A stretch of DNA of 24,834 bases from IMG/VR virus record IMGVR_UViG_3300032225_001742, positions 1-24,834 of that record; one strand, given 5' to 3'. Every line of letters begins with the position of its first letter. Positions within the stretch are counted from its first letter, which is position 1. The position numbers and the translations under genes were made by a program. Below the pieces are notes generated by a model that did no database searches, had not been told where the DNA came from, and was given only the letters and a program-made list of their open reading frames with translations. Positions 24,381-24,834 of the stretch are shown here, piece by piece. Source of the stretch: a virus. Lineage: Duplodnaviria > Caudoviricetes.

Positions 24381-24834
24381 ATGACCGCCGATGACATTAA
24401 AAACATACTTGATCAACACGCCCTATGGCTGTCGGACAACACGACCGGAAAGCGCGTAAACCTGATCAGCGCAAACCTGCGCGGCGCGGACCTGACCGAC
24501 GCGATCCTGACCCGCGCGACCCTGACCCACGCAAACCTGACCGGCGCGACCCTGACCCACGCAAACCTGACCGGCGCGGACCTGCGCGGCGCGGACCTGA
24601 CCGACGCGATCCTGATCAGCGCGAACCTGCGCGGCGCGGACCTGATCGGCGCAAACCTGCGCGGCGCGGACCTGACCGACGCAAACCTGACCGGCGCGGA
24701 CCTGACCGACGCGGACCTGCGCGACGCGAAGCTGATCGGCGCGACCCTGACCCACGCAAACCTGACCGGCGCGGACCTGCGCGACGCGAACCTGCGCGGC
24801 GCGGACCTGACCGACGCGATCCTGACCCGCGCGA
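24381..24834 (+). CDS. Pentapeptide-repeat protein, truncated at the window edge
   Basis: Not in the ORF track. GGAG RBS. MTADDIKNILDQHALWLSDNTTGKRVNLISANLRGADLTDAILTRATLTHANLTG..., with A(D/N)Lxx repeats to the end of the window. Confidence 0.93.
   Translation, partial: MTADDIKNILDQHALWLSDNTTGKRVNLISANLRGADLTDAILTRATLTHANLTGATLTHANLTGADLRGADLTDAILISANLRGADLIGANLRGADLTDANLTGADLTDADLRDAKLIGATLTHANLTGADLRDANLRGADLTDAILTRA

Larger units (their letters stand above)
1..24834. mobile_element. Tailed bacteriophage or prophage genome segment (siphovirus-like)
   Basis: Contiguous terS-terL-portal-scaffold-capsid-tail-tape measure order, plus phage replication and recombination genes (Prim-Pol/VirE, SF2 helicase, RusA, ERF). 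No host housekeeping genes and no att site or integrase in view. Confidence 0.97.

Noticed and set aside
24423-24755. Minus-strand repeat ORF (QVRAAQVC...)
   Set aside because: Antisense of the pentapeptide-repeat gene, which has an RBS and a typical N-terminus on the + strand.
1-24834. Diversity-generating retroelement, retron, integrase/att site, tRNA, lysis cassette or known defence system
   Set aside because: No reverse transcriptase, recombinase, cloverleaf or endolysin motifs were seen, and no TR/VR-type long repeat pair was noticed by eye. They may lie outside the window.

Overview
The whole window is part of a high-GC tailed dsDNA phage or prophage (Caudoviricetes, siphovirus-like). 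No host genes, integrase, lysis genes or CI-size repressor are visible. The minus strand from 15103 to <1 is a packaging and morphogenesis operon: terS, terL, portal, scaffold, major capsid, head/neck accessory proteins, a glycine-rich protein, tail terminator, tail tube, a tail assembly chaperone with a -1 frameshift, two HK97-gp10-like genes, tape measure and a truncated tail-tip protein. The minus strand from 22289 to 16045 is a replication operon: Cro-like HTH, RusA, a Cys/His protein, small ORFs, an SF2 helicase and a Prim-Pol/VirE(VapE) primase-helicase. The plus strand from 22460 to the end is an early recombination operon: small ORFs, a lipobox peptide, ERF, a DUF669-like SSB and a pentapeptide-repeat protein. 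The most unusual element lies between the two minus-strand operons (15245-16048). It has inward-facing GATCAAC iterons resembling a P4-type origin, an 11-bp-periodic CACAACnTGGC array in ~55-bp-phased triplets, and a counter-oriented ribbon-helix-helix gene whose product ends in an SSB-like acidic ...DDDPDMPPF tail. Several genes missing from the ORF track and two candidate structured leader RNAs were found by hand. All product calls come from motif recognition and gene order, not from database searches.
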